From contig OZ244042.1 of NCBI GenBank assembly GCA_965215015.1, forward strand, positions 5,344,001 to 5,408,000: a stretch of DNA of 64,000 nucleotides. The letters are read 5' to 3'. A program made the translations under genes and the position numbers. Under the pieces are notes generated by a model that saw only the letters and a program-made list of their open reading frames with translations, made no database searches and was not told the DNA's origin. The stretch comes from Candidatus Poribacteria bacterium. GTDB taxonomy: Bacteria; Poribacteria; WGA-4E; PCPOR2b. Of this stretch, positions 1-8,397 are shown in pieces. Each line of letters begins with the position of its first letter. The first letter of the stretch is position 1.

Positions 1-738
1 ACGCAAGGCAAAAACCGGTTTATCGAAACGTTCATCATCAATGCTGACGGGAGTGACCGGCGTTTACTGATGAGTACCCAACATTTAGAGGGGAAAATGG
101 ATTTTAGTCCCGCTTGGTCTCCGGATGGCAGCCGCATCGCTTTCTCCTCTGATCGTCCCGGGCAATATGACATTTTCGTGATTGATGTTTCGGGGGAGAA
201 TCTGGCCAATTTGACGAATTCACCAGAGATTCATGAATACGCCCCATCGTGGTCTCCGGATGGGACGCATATCCTGTATAAATCATGGGATGACCACTTT
301 CACACGCTGCGTTTAGCCGATGGGCATAAAACACAGGTGACTCAGGCCCAAGGGGATCGCCGCAATCCCGTCTGGTCTGCGGATGGGAAACAGATTGCCT
401 TCGCCGGCGATGTACGGGGTGAGGTAGATAATTTGGATATCTATATCATGGACATCGAAACCGGCGTCGAAAAACGACTGACAGTCCACCCTGACGAGGA
501 TTTTTGCCCTGCGTGGTCGCCGGATGGGGCGTATATTGTGTTTGAGTCCGATAGGGGGGATAGGGGTTACGATCTCTATCGTATCACGGTCGCTTCAGGA
601 GAAGTGGTCCGGTTAACCCAGCTCCATGAAGGCAATGGATTTTCCCCGGATTGGTGTTGCATCGGGGAGAGGCCGGCAAACGTCAATCCGCGCCATAGCG
701 AACTAATTCGGTGGGGACAGTTGAAGGTCGATCACTGA
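1..738 (+). CDS. TolB-like PD40 beta-propeller protein, copy 1 (5' truncated by window edge)
   Basis: Open frame from base 1 (TQGKNRFIETF...); repeated PxWSPDG motifs; near-identical to 796..1764. Confidence 0.9.
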   Translation, partial: TQGKNRFIETFIINADGSDRRLLMSTQHLEGKMDFSPAWSPDGSRIAFSSDRPGQYDIFVIDVSGENLANLTNSPEIHEYAPSWSPDGTHILYKSWDDHFHTLRLADGHKTQVTQAQGDRRNPVWSADGKQIAFAGDVRGEVDNLDIYIMDIETGVEKRLTVHPDEDFCPAWSPDGAYIVFESDRGDRGYDLYRITVASGEVVRLTQLHEGNGFSPDWCCIGERPANVNPRHSELIRWGQLKVDH

Positions 739-795
739 TTAAACGGATTAAAGGATTCCGCAGATTAAATCCGCAAGGTCAAAAGGAGAAGATAG

Positions 796-1764
796 ATGTT
801 ACCTCGAGCGACATTCACGCTACTGTTTGCGATTATACTGAATTTACTCCTGTTTCCTCTTGCGGCTGCTGCTGCGGAGGGTAAGCTTGTCTTCAGCCAT
901 AGGGTTGAATTGTGGACGATGAACCCCGACGGCACCAATCCGCAAGCTCTAGGCATTGAAGGGAGGCAACCGAGTTGGGCGCCAGATGGCAGCCAAATTG
1001 TGTTTATAGTTTACCACCGTGGCGATAAAACGCAAGGCAAAAACCGGTTTACCGAAACGTTCATCATCAATGCCGACGGGAGCGACCGGCGTTTACTGAT
1101 GAGTACCCAACATTTAGAGGAGAAAATGGATTTTAGTCCCACTTGGTCTCCGGATGGCAGCCGCATCGCTTTCTCCTCTAATCGTCCCGGGCAATATGAC
1201 ATTTTCGTGATTGATGTTGCGGGCGAGAATCTGACCAATTTGACGAATTCACCAGAGATTCATGAATGGGTTCCATCGTGGTCTCCGGATGGGACGCGTA
1301 TTCTGTATAAATCATGGGATGACCACTTTCACACGCTGCGTTTAGCCGATGGGCATAAAACACAGGTGACTCAGGCCCAAGGAGATCGCCGCTTCCCCGT
1401 CTGGTCGCCGGATGGGAAACAGATTGCCTTCGCCGGCGATGTACGGGGTGAGGTAGATAATTTGGATATCTATATCATGGACATCGAAACCGGCGTCGAA
1501 AAACGACTGACAATCCACCCTGACGATGATTTTCGCCCTGCGTGGTCGCCGGATGGGAAGCATATCGTGTTTGAATCCGAGGGGGATGGGGGTTACGATC
1601 TCTATCGCATCACGGTCGCTTCACGAGAAGTGGTCCGGTTAACCCAGCTCCATGAAGTCAATGGATTTTTCTCAGATTGGTGTTGCATCGGGGTGTGGCC
1701 GGCAAACGTTAATCCGCGCCATCGCGAACTAATTCGGTGGGGACAGTTGAAAGTCGATCGCTGA
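796..1764 (+). CDS. Secreted TolB-like PD40 beta-propeller protein, copy 2
   Basis: RBS aggag, signal peptide, about 6 PxW[SA]PDG repeats, C-terminal VNPRHRELIRWGQLK motif. Confidence 0.92.
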   Translation: MLPRATFTLLFAIILNLLLFPLAAAAAEGKLVFSHRVELWTMNPDGTNPQALGIEGRQPSWAPDGSQIVFIVYHRGDKTQGKNRFTETFIINADGSDRRLLMSTQHLEEKMDFSPTWSPDGSRIAFSSNRPGQYDIFVIDVAGENLTNLTNSPEIHEWVPSWSPDGTRILYKSWDDHFHTLRLADGHKTQVTQAQGDRRFPVWSPDGKQIAFAGDVRGEVDNLDIYIMDIETGVEKRLTIHPDDDFRPAWSPDGKHIVFESEGDGGYDLYRITVASREVVRLTQLHEVNGFFSDWCCIGVWPANVNPRHRELIRWGQLKVDR

Positions 1765-1821
1765 TTAAGCAGATTAAAGGATTCCGCAGATTAAATCCGC
1801 AAGGTCAAAAGGAGAAGATAG

Positions 1822-2790
1822 ATGTTACCTCGAGCGACATTCACGCTACTGTTTGCGATTATACTGAATTTACTCCTGTTTCCTCTTGCGGCTGTTGGTG
1901 CGGAGGGTAAACTTGTCTTCAGCCATAGGGTTGAATTGTGGACGATGAACCCCGACGGCACCAATCGGCAAGCTCTAGGCATTGAAGGGGGGGAACCGAG
2001 TTGGTCGCCAGATGGAAGCCAAATTGTGTTTATAGTTTACCACCGTGGCGATAAAACGCAAGGCAAAAACCGGTTTATCGAAACGTTCATCATCAATGCT
2101 GATGGGAGCGACCGGCGTTTACTGATGAGTACCCAACATTTAGAGGGGAGATTGGATAGCCTTCCGGTCTGGTCTCCAGATGGCAGCCGCATCGCTTTCT
2201 TCTCTAATCGTCCCGGGCAATATGACATTTTCGTGATTGATGTTTCGGGAGAGAATCTGACCAATTTAACTAATTCACCAGAGATTCATGAATACGTCCC
2301 ATCGTGGTCTCCGGATGGGACGCATATCCTGTATCAATCATGGGATGACCACTTTCACACGCTGCGTTTAGCCGATGGGCATAAAACACAGGTGACTCAG
2401 GCCCAAGGAGATCGCCGCAATCCCGTCTGGTCTGCGGATGGGAAACAGATTGCCTTCGCCGGCGATGTACAGGGTGAGGTAGATAACCTGGATATCTATA
2501 TCATGGACATCGAAACCGGCGTCGAAAAACGACTGACAGTCCACCCTGACGAGGATTTTCGCCCTGCATGGTCTCCGGATGGGGCGTATATCGTGTTTGA
2601 ATCTGAGGGGGATGGGGGGTACGATCTCTATCGCATCACGGTCGCTTCGCGAGAAGTGGTCCGGTTAACCCAGCTCCATGAAGGCAATGGATTTTCCCCG
2701 GATTGGTGTTGCATCGGGGTGTGGCCGGCAAACGTTAATCCGCGCTATAGCGAACTAATTCGGTGGGGACAGTTGAAGGTCGATCGCTGA
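1822..2790 (+). CDS. Secreted TolB-like PD40 beta-propeller protein, copy 3
   Basis: As copy 2; starts 1026 bp after it. Confidence 0.92.
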   Translation: MLPRATFTLLFAIILNLLLFPLAAVGAEGKLVFSHRVELWTMNPDGTNRQALGIEGGEPSWSPDGSQIVFIVYHRGDKTQGKNRFIETFIINADGSDRRLLMSTQHLEGRLDSLPVWSPDGSRIAFFSNRPGQYDIFVIDVSGENLTNLTNSPEIHEYVPSWSPDGTHILYQSWDDHFHTLRLADGHKTQVTQAQGDRRNPVWSADGKQIAFAGDVQGEVDNLDIYIMDIETGVEKRLTVHPDEDFRPAWSPDGAYIVFESEGDGGYDLYRITVASREVVRLTQLHEGNGFSPDWCCIGVWPANVNPRYSELIRWGQLKVDR

Positions 2791-2847
2791 TTAAGCAGAT
2801 TAAAGGATTCCGCAGATTAAATCCGCAAGATTAAAAGGAGAAGATAG

Positions 2848-4551
2848 ATGTTACCTCGAGCGACATTCACGCTACTGTTTGCGATTATACTGAATTTACT
2901 CCTGTTGTCGAATTGGGTGGTTGCAAGTGATGGAGTTTTCACACTAATGAAGCCGCTCACATCGGACTTCAGTGTTGACGATAGAGATTATTGGGATATG
3001 CAGTATATTAACCCACTTACCGATACCGCCCCCCATTTTTTCGCGCATCAATCACACCCCGTGATTACGTACTATATTGCCGCATCGCGGCCAGATGAGG
3101 GTGAAACGAGTGGCACTCAGAACGTCACCGGCACGGAGGTTAGGAAAATTCGAGAGGCTTTCAAAGATTGGGGGCAGGTTACAATTGGAAACGTCGTTCA
3201 CGGCAACCGTCGATCCGCGATTGAATTTATCGAAGGCGGCAAGGTCCCCCCAGATGCCGAGGGCAGATATAACCTCATTGACGATAACAAAAATGTTATC
3301 TACTGGAGTGCTGACAATGGCTTTTTCGGAAGCGATATAGATTTTACAACTCAAGATTGTAGGGCTGGGACTTTAGCGGTTACTTTACTGACCTTCGATG
3401 TGACGGACCCCAATCAGGTCAAAATCGCCGACGCCGATATCGCTTTGAATGGGTCGTTAAATGAGATACTAACGAATCGGCCGAGAGATTATAAATGGAC
3501 CACCAGCGATGGCTTTGACCAGAAGGGCCGTCTCAAGAGGTGTGAGGCGGATATACAAGGGGTTGTCACCCACGAAATTGGGCATCTGCTCGGCATCGGT
3601 CATTCCCCACGGCCAAATAACTCTCAGACCCCTGATGATGTAACGATGTGGGATGGAGATAGCTGGTCAGTATACCTTTTCGACGATTGGGATACCATGC
3701 GAGACTTATCAAACGACGACATCGCCGCCATCCAGTATATGTACGGCAATCCATCCGCAGCGGATCCCGATGACTATCCCCTCCACGTGCCGCGGGTTTT
3801 CCAAAGCATTGAAGAGGCAGCCGAATTTGCCGCGGCGTCTTCGTTTGCTCAGACGATACTCGTCAGTGCCAACGCCAGCCTTGTTGATCCGGTGGATAGG
3901 GCATCAACGACTCCCATAACAGTCGTAATCTCTGCTAAGGACCGGTTGAAAATCGAGGGTTCTATAAACATCAGCTGTCAAACAGGTGCGAAACTCGAAA
4001 TTCAAGGTGCCCTTATCGCTAATGCGGTGGGCTTTCAGTCAACGACGTCGAGCGAAAAATGGGGTGGGATAGTTCTCAAGAACGAGGGAGAGGTTCAACT
4101 CACTAACTGCACGTTAAGCGACGCGCTCACCGCCATCACATGCGAAAATCCCACAGGGACCGTCATCATCCAAAACTGCACCTTCGAGAGCAACGACCAG
4201 GATATTTTCGGCTGTGCCGCTGCCTCGCCGGCACCGATGCGGGTAGACTCTATTCCCCGAACGAACAAACTCTTGCTGAACTATCCGAACCCGTCCAATC
4301 CTGAAACGTGGATTCCGTATCAGCTTGCCAGCGATGCCGATGTACAGATTTTAATCTATGATACAGAAGGGGAGTTGGTGCGTCGGTTAGATTTAGGTCA
4401 TCAGGGGGCAGGCTATTACACGGATCTGGGTCAATCCGCGTATTGGGACGGTCGCAACGAACGGGGAGAATCGGTGGCAAGTGGAGTGTACTTCTGCACA
4501 CTGACGGCCGATGACTACACCGAAACCCGTAAGATGCTGATTCTGAAGTAG
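2848..4551 (+). CDS. Secreted matrixin (M10-like) metalloprotease with beta-helix-like region and C-terminal FlgD/T9SS-type Ig domain
   Basis: HEIGHLLGIGH zinc motif followed by a Met-turn; C-terminal NYPNPSNPETWIPYQL...WDGRNERGESVASGVYF. Confidence 0.85.
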   Translation: MLPRATFTLLFAIILNLLLLSNWVVASDGVFTLMKPLTSDFSVDDRDYWDMQYINPLTDTAPHFFAHQSHPVITYYIAASRPDEGETSGTQNVTGTEVRKIREAFKDWGQVTIGNVVHGNRRSAIEFIEGGKVPPDAEGRYNLIDDNKNVIYWSADNGFFGSDIDFTTQDCRAGTLAVTLLTFDVTDPNQVKIADADIALNGSLNEILTNRPRDYKWTTSDGFDQKGRLKRCEADIQGVVTHEIGHLLGIGHSPRPNNSQTPDDVTMWDGDSWSVYLFDDWDTMRDLSNDDIAAIQYMYGNPSAADPDDYPLHVPRVFQSIEEAAEFAAASSFAQTILVSANASLVDPVDRASTTPITVVISAKDRLKIEGSINISCQTGAKLEIQGALIANAVGFQSTTSSEKWGGIVLKNEGEVQLTNCTLSDALTAITCENPTGTVIIQNCTFESNDQDIFGCAAASPAPMRVDSIPRTNKLLLNYPNPSNPETWIPYQLASDADVQILIYDTEGELVRRLDLGHQGAGYYTDLGQSAYWDGRNERGESVASGVYFCTLTADDYTETRKMLILK

Positions 4552-4655
4552 TGGCAGGCTCGTGCGTCTGTCAATTGATGAAAATTACACGATCTGAGTT
4601 TAGTTATCTATTTGATGCAATAGGTAGCAACTTAGGTTAGATTAAGGAGATATAG

Positions 4656-5081
4656 ATGGCTAAGAAGGTTGCCGGGGTTGTTAAACTTCAGCTGATATCC
4701 GGGCAGGCGACGCCGAATCCACCTGTTGGTCCGAGCCTCGCCCCTTATATGATTAATATCCCGGAATTTATCAAGTCTTTTAACGGTCGAACGCAGGATC
4801 AACAGGGGTTAGTGGTTACGACTGTTGTCACCTGTTACGCAGATCGTTCGTTCACTTTTGAAGTGAAATCGCCGCCGACAGCTGTGTTGTTGAAGCAGGC
4901 AGCAAAGCTGGCGAAAGGGTCCGGCGAGCCCAACCGCAATAAGGTCGCTTCCGTAACATCGACGCAGGTTCAGGAGATAGCCCAAACGAAGTTGCCAGAT
5001 CTGAATACAACCAGCTTGGAATCTGCGGTGCGGATGGTTGCAGGGACGGCACGGAGCATGGGAATTACTATCAATCAATAA
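4656..5081 (+). CDS. rplK: 50S ribosomal protein L11
   Basis: MAKKV...PPVGP...GTARSMGI. Confidence 0.97.
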   Translation: MAKKVAGVVKLQLISGQATPNPPVGPSLAPYMINIPEFIKSFNGRTQDQQGLVVTTVVTCYADRSFTFEVKSPPTAVLLKQAAKLAKGSGEPNRNKVASVTSTQVQEIAQTKLPDLNTTSLESAVRMVAGTARSMGITINQ

Positions 5082-5099
5082 TTGTTGGAGAGGATGACA

Positions 5100-5798
5100 A
5101 TGGGCAAAAGAGGAAGAAGATACCGTGAAGGTTCACAACTGGTTGACCGCTTAAAGCTGTACGATTTAGATGAAGGTGTGCAGCTGTTGAAAAAGTCTGC
5201 GTCAGCAAAGTTTGAAGAGACGGTCGATTTGGCGGTACATCTTGGCGTAGATCCCCGGCACGCGGATCAGAATATCCGGGGCACTGTTTCTTTACCGCAT
5301 GGCACCGGTCAGGAGATACGCGTTGTTGTTTTCGCTCAAGGGGATAAGGCTCGTGAGGCAGAAGAGGCGGGAGCCGATGCGGTTGGCACCGATGACCTCG
5401 TCGAAAAGATTGTTGATGGCTGGTTGGACTTTGACGCAACTGTTGCGACCCCGGATTTGATGCGGTCGATCATGCCGAAGTTGGGGCGGATTCTCGGGCC
5501 GAGAGGCTTAATGCCGAATGCAAAAGCAGGAACTGTCACTATGGATGTGGCAGAGATAATTCGCAGCATTAAAGCTGGGCAGATTGAGTATCGAGTCGAG
5601 AAGCAATCGGGAGTGATTCAGGCCCCTGTAGGCAAAGCTTCGTTTGACAATCATCAAATTAAAGAAAACATCCAAGCGGTGATGGGTGCCCTGATGCGGG
5701 CCCGTCCGTCTTCTATCAAAGGAAGATATGTGAAGACTATTGCAGTCTCATCAACGATGGGCGTTGGAATTCGTCTAGAGCCGCAGCAGTTTAGCTAA
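5100..5798 (+). CDS. rplA: 50S ribosomal protein L1
   Basis: KFEETVD...LPHGTG...LGPRGLMPN; start set at ATG 5100 after ggagagg (5094 also possible). Confidence 0.97.
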   Translation: MGKRGRRYREGSQLVDRLKLYDLDEGVQLLKKSASAKFEETVDLAVHLGVDPRHADQNIRGTVSLPHGTGQEIRVVVFAQGDKAREAEEAGADAVGTDDLVEKIVDGWLDFDATVATPDLMRSIMPKLGRILGPRGLMPNAKAGTVTMDVAEIIRSIKAGQIEYRVEKQSGVIQAPVGKASFDNHQIKENIQAVMGALMRARPSSIKGRYVKTIAVSSTMGVGIRLEPQQFS

Positions 5799-5864
5799 AT
5801 TGAACACAATAAGCCATTAACGATTTATTACCAAAATTGAATACATGATACTGACTGTAGCTAT

Positions 5865-5922
5865 CGTCGTAGACAGTGGGTGCAATTCTGCTTAAACGAA
5901 TATTCGGCCTACCGAGGCGGAT
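5865..5922 (+). promoter_or_regulatory. L10 leader (rplJL autoregulatory RNA)
   Basis: GTAGACAGTGGG...TTAA...CCTACCGAGG pattern typical of L10 leaders, upstream of rplJ. Confidence 0.75.
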
Positions 5923-5996
5923 GTGCTATTTACCAATTTCTACTTTCGGACCGGATTGATAGAAACTGGTAGGTGCGATCCATAGATGTGGAAATA

Positions 5997-6026
5997 AAGC
6001 CTCCTATACGACAGGAGGTTTTTTTT
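5997..6026 (+). terminator. Attenuator-like intrinsic terminator in the rplJ leader
   Basis: AAGCCTCCT-atacgac-AGGAGGTT followed by a T run. Confidence 0.75.
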
Positions 6027-6069
6027 ATGTCGGGTGCGAGTGACCGAACTAAAAGAGAGGGGGTATCGA

Positions 6070-6636
6070 ATGCCTAATGAAAAAAATATCCAACAGGTAG
6101 AAAGCATTCGAGAGGATTTCCGGAGCTCGGAAGTCATTATCCTGACAGAGTATCAAGGATTGACTGTTGAGGAGATAAACGAGTTACGGAATCAATGTCG
6201 TGAGGCGGAAGTCCAATATAAAGTTTATAAGAACACACTTATCAATGTTGTCGCTCAAGAGTTAGAGATTGAAGGTTTAGAACCTTACCTTCAGGGGACC
6301 ACAGCCGTTGCAATGGGCAACGATCCGGCTGCATCCGCAAGGATTTTAAGGGATTTTAGCAGCGAACATGAAAATCTGAAAATTAAGGGGGGTATACTTG
6401 GTAAGAGGACCATTGACGCGACAGCAACTGAAGGGTTGGTCGATATGCCATCGAGGGAACAACTGATTGCCATTGCTGTCGGTGGTCTGAAGGCTCCCAT
6501 TTCCGGGCTTGTCAATGTCCTGCACCAGGGTTCTCCGCTGACTGGGCTTGTTAATGTTCTGGATGGTTCACTCCGTCAGGTAACGACGGTATTACAGGCG
6601 ATTGCTGATCAGAAGAAAGAGGCTGAATCAGCTTAA
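6070..6636 (+). CDS. rplJ: 50S ribosomal protein L10 with extended C-terminal helix
   Basis: YQGLTV...KVYKNTL...IKGGIL; start ATG 6070. Confidence 0.96.
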   Translation: MPNEKNIQQVESIREDFRSSEVIILTEYQGLTVEEINELRNQCREAEVQYKVYKNTLINVVAQELEIEGLEPYLQGTTAVAMGNDPAASARILRDFSSEHENLKIKGGILGKRTIDATATEGLVDMPSREQLIAIAVGGLKAPISGLVNVLHQGSPLTGLVNVLDGSLRQVTTVLQAIADQKKEAESA

Positions 6637-6716
6637 CTTGGGTTAAACACGGTCTTCAGCAATCAGATAAAGGTTGAGTGCTGATGGACTCTATTTTTTA
6701 AGAAAGGAACGTAACA

Positions 6717-7121
6717 ATGGCTGATGTTGAAAAACTAATCGATGAGATTAGTAATATGACAGTTTTAGAGCTTTCCGAATTGGTAAAGGCACTTGAAGAT
6801 AAGTTTGGTGTGAGTGCTGCTGCCGCTGCGCCGATGATGATGGCACCCGGCGTGGTGCCGGGAGCGGCAGAAGGTGCCGCGGCTGACGCTGCCCCTGAAG
6901 AAGAGGAGCAGACCGAGTTCGATGTCCAGTTGAAAGAGATTGGACCGAGTAAGATTCCGGTGATTAAAGAGGTGCGTGCGGTCACCGGGCTCGGACTTAA
7001 AGAAGCCAAAGAGGCGGTTGAGGCTGCGCCAAACGTTATTAAGGAAGGCGTTAGCAAAGAGGAAGCTGAGGAGATTAAGAGTAAGTTGGAAGCTGTTGAT
7101 GCAGTCGTAGAAATTCTCTAA
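6717..7121 (+). CDS. rplL: 50S ribosomal protein L7/L12
   Basis: [17 protein letters not shown]...[20 protein letters not shown]. Confidence 0.98.
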   Translation: MADVEKLIDEISNMTVLELSELVKALEDKFGVSAAAAAPMMMAPGVVPGAAEGAAADAAPEEEEQTEFDVQLKEIGPSKIPVIKEVRAVTGLGLKEAKEAVEAAPNVIKEGVSKEEAEEIKSKLEAVDAVVEIL

Positions 7122-7145
7122 TCCTTAACTTTGCTCAATTTACAT

Positions 7146-7186
7146 AAACCCATTGTAGTCTTATGGCTGCGATGGGTTTTTCTTTT
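7146..7186 (+). terminator. Intrinsic terminator after rplL
   Basis: AAACCCATTGTAG...CTGCGATGGGTTTTT hairpin plus T tract. Confidence 0.75.
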
Positions 7187-7220
7187 GGCTCATGTTAAGA
7201 AATCGTGCAACAGAGTCCAA

Positions 7221-7390
7221 GACCCCCTTCTATCCCCCCGCAAGCAGGGGGGACGTTCCAAGCCCCCCCTCTATCCCCCCGCAAGCAGGGGGAGAGCCAA
7301 GGGCCATTCGGTTGCGCCTACCACTGATAAATAACGGGTGGAGGACGTTCTAAGCTCCCCCTACCCCCCCCACAAGCGGAGGGGAAGATA
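7221..7390. repeat. Cluster of CCCCC-GCAAGC-GGGGG REP-like hairpins (dispersed family)
   Basis: Three copies here; related copies near 12866-12960, 17525-17590, 29407-29465, 33372-33408, 43015-43076, 51075-51158, 61718-61752, 61977-62007. Confidence 0.8.
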
Positions 7391-7543
7391 ACCGTGGGGG
7401 TATTCGGGATTAGAGGGGTGCCTGTCCATCGAAGATTCTCGGACCGGGGATAAGTTTACCCCGTCAAATGTCAACAGAACTTAATCAACCAATGAACAGA
7501 TGGTTTTCACGCTTCAGGTTCTCGGTGTAGAGGGCTAACCTGC

Positions 7544-8377
7544 ATGGTGCTTATCTTTTATCTCGTTTTTAGCCAATTAGCGGTCGGCGGTCTTGCGCTG
7601 CTGCTCATCATACCTAAGGACTTGGTGGGACGCGGATTTTACCGACTCATGGCACTGATTTACCTGCTTGTCATGGTCTTTGCGCGTTGTGCGAACTTGG
7701 CAATCAACGGCAATTCCGTCAGTCTTAGTAATTTCTTCCTGGCATGGGAGGGACACGATTCCATTTTTGTCCTTGTGTTCTGTTTGTTCCTCCTTCTGTA
7801 TACGATAAGTTTGTGGTTGAAACAGCTTTTAATTAATCGCCTCTTATTAGTTGTGGGTGCAATCTACGGTATCATCTGGATGGTATACAGCGCACAATCC
7901 TATGCGGAGTTGATTGACATTCCTGCGGGAAAATTTCTGTTGTCCGCACAATTTCTTGTTTCCGCCGTTTTGTTAGGTTCTGTCAATAGCGGCATGTGGT
8001 TTGGGCATTGGTATCTTGTGACCCCCAACCTGCCCGTTATCCACCTGAAGCGATTCAATCAAATCTTCTTGGTGTCGCTGCTTTTATCAATTTCGTTTTT
8101 CATACTAAATGTATGTCTTCGATGGCAGGCAGTGGAGGTGAGTCCACTGAATTTTTTTCATCAGGTTGCATTTTGGTTGCGGCTTCTCATCGGATTTGGC
8201 GGATCCGCACTGCTATATATCATTATTTGGGATTGCCTGCGCGATAAATCCACCCAGCGGGATGTCGTCGGGGCGACCCGCGCTGCAACCGGGTTTCTCT
8301 ACATTGCTATGTTGACAGTATTTATAGGTGAGTTTTGCGGGCGGCTGCTGCTTTTGGAAGTGCGGTTTATCTTGTAA
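7544..8377 (+). CDS. Polytopic membrane protein (GHWYL-motif family, possibly DmsC/NrfD-like)
   Basis: About 8 hydrophobic segments; GMWFGHWYLV and ATGFLYIA motifs. Confidence 0.7.
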   Translation: MVLIFYLVFSQLAVGGLALLLIIPKDLVGRGFYRLMALIYLLVMVFARCANLAINGNSVSLSNFFLAWEGHDSIFVLVFCLFLLLYTISLWLKQLLINRLLLVVGAIYGIIWMVYSAQSYAELIDIPAGKFLLSAQFLVSAVLLGSVNSGMWFGHWYLVTPNLPVIHLKRFNQIFLVSLLLSISFFILNVCLRWQAVEVSPLNFFHQVAFWLRLLIGFGGSALLYIIIWDCLRDKSTQRDVVGATRAATGFLYIAMLTVFIGEFCGRLLLLEVRFIL

Positions 8378-8397
8378 TTGTGGAAAGGAGGCGGGGC

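Larger units (their letters stand above)
1..2906 (+). repeat. Tandem gene-sized repeat, period about 1026-1029 bp
   Basis: Near-identical intergenic spacers and starts at 796, 1822 and 2848; identity ends 59 nt into the 2848 gene. Confidence 0.95.

Noticed and set aside
1-2790. DGR-style mutagenesis of the propeller copies
   Set aside because: Differences are not confined to adenines, and the copies are whole genes rather than TR/VR pairs
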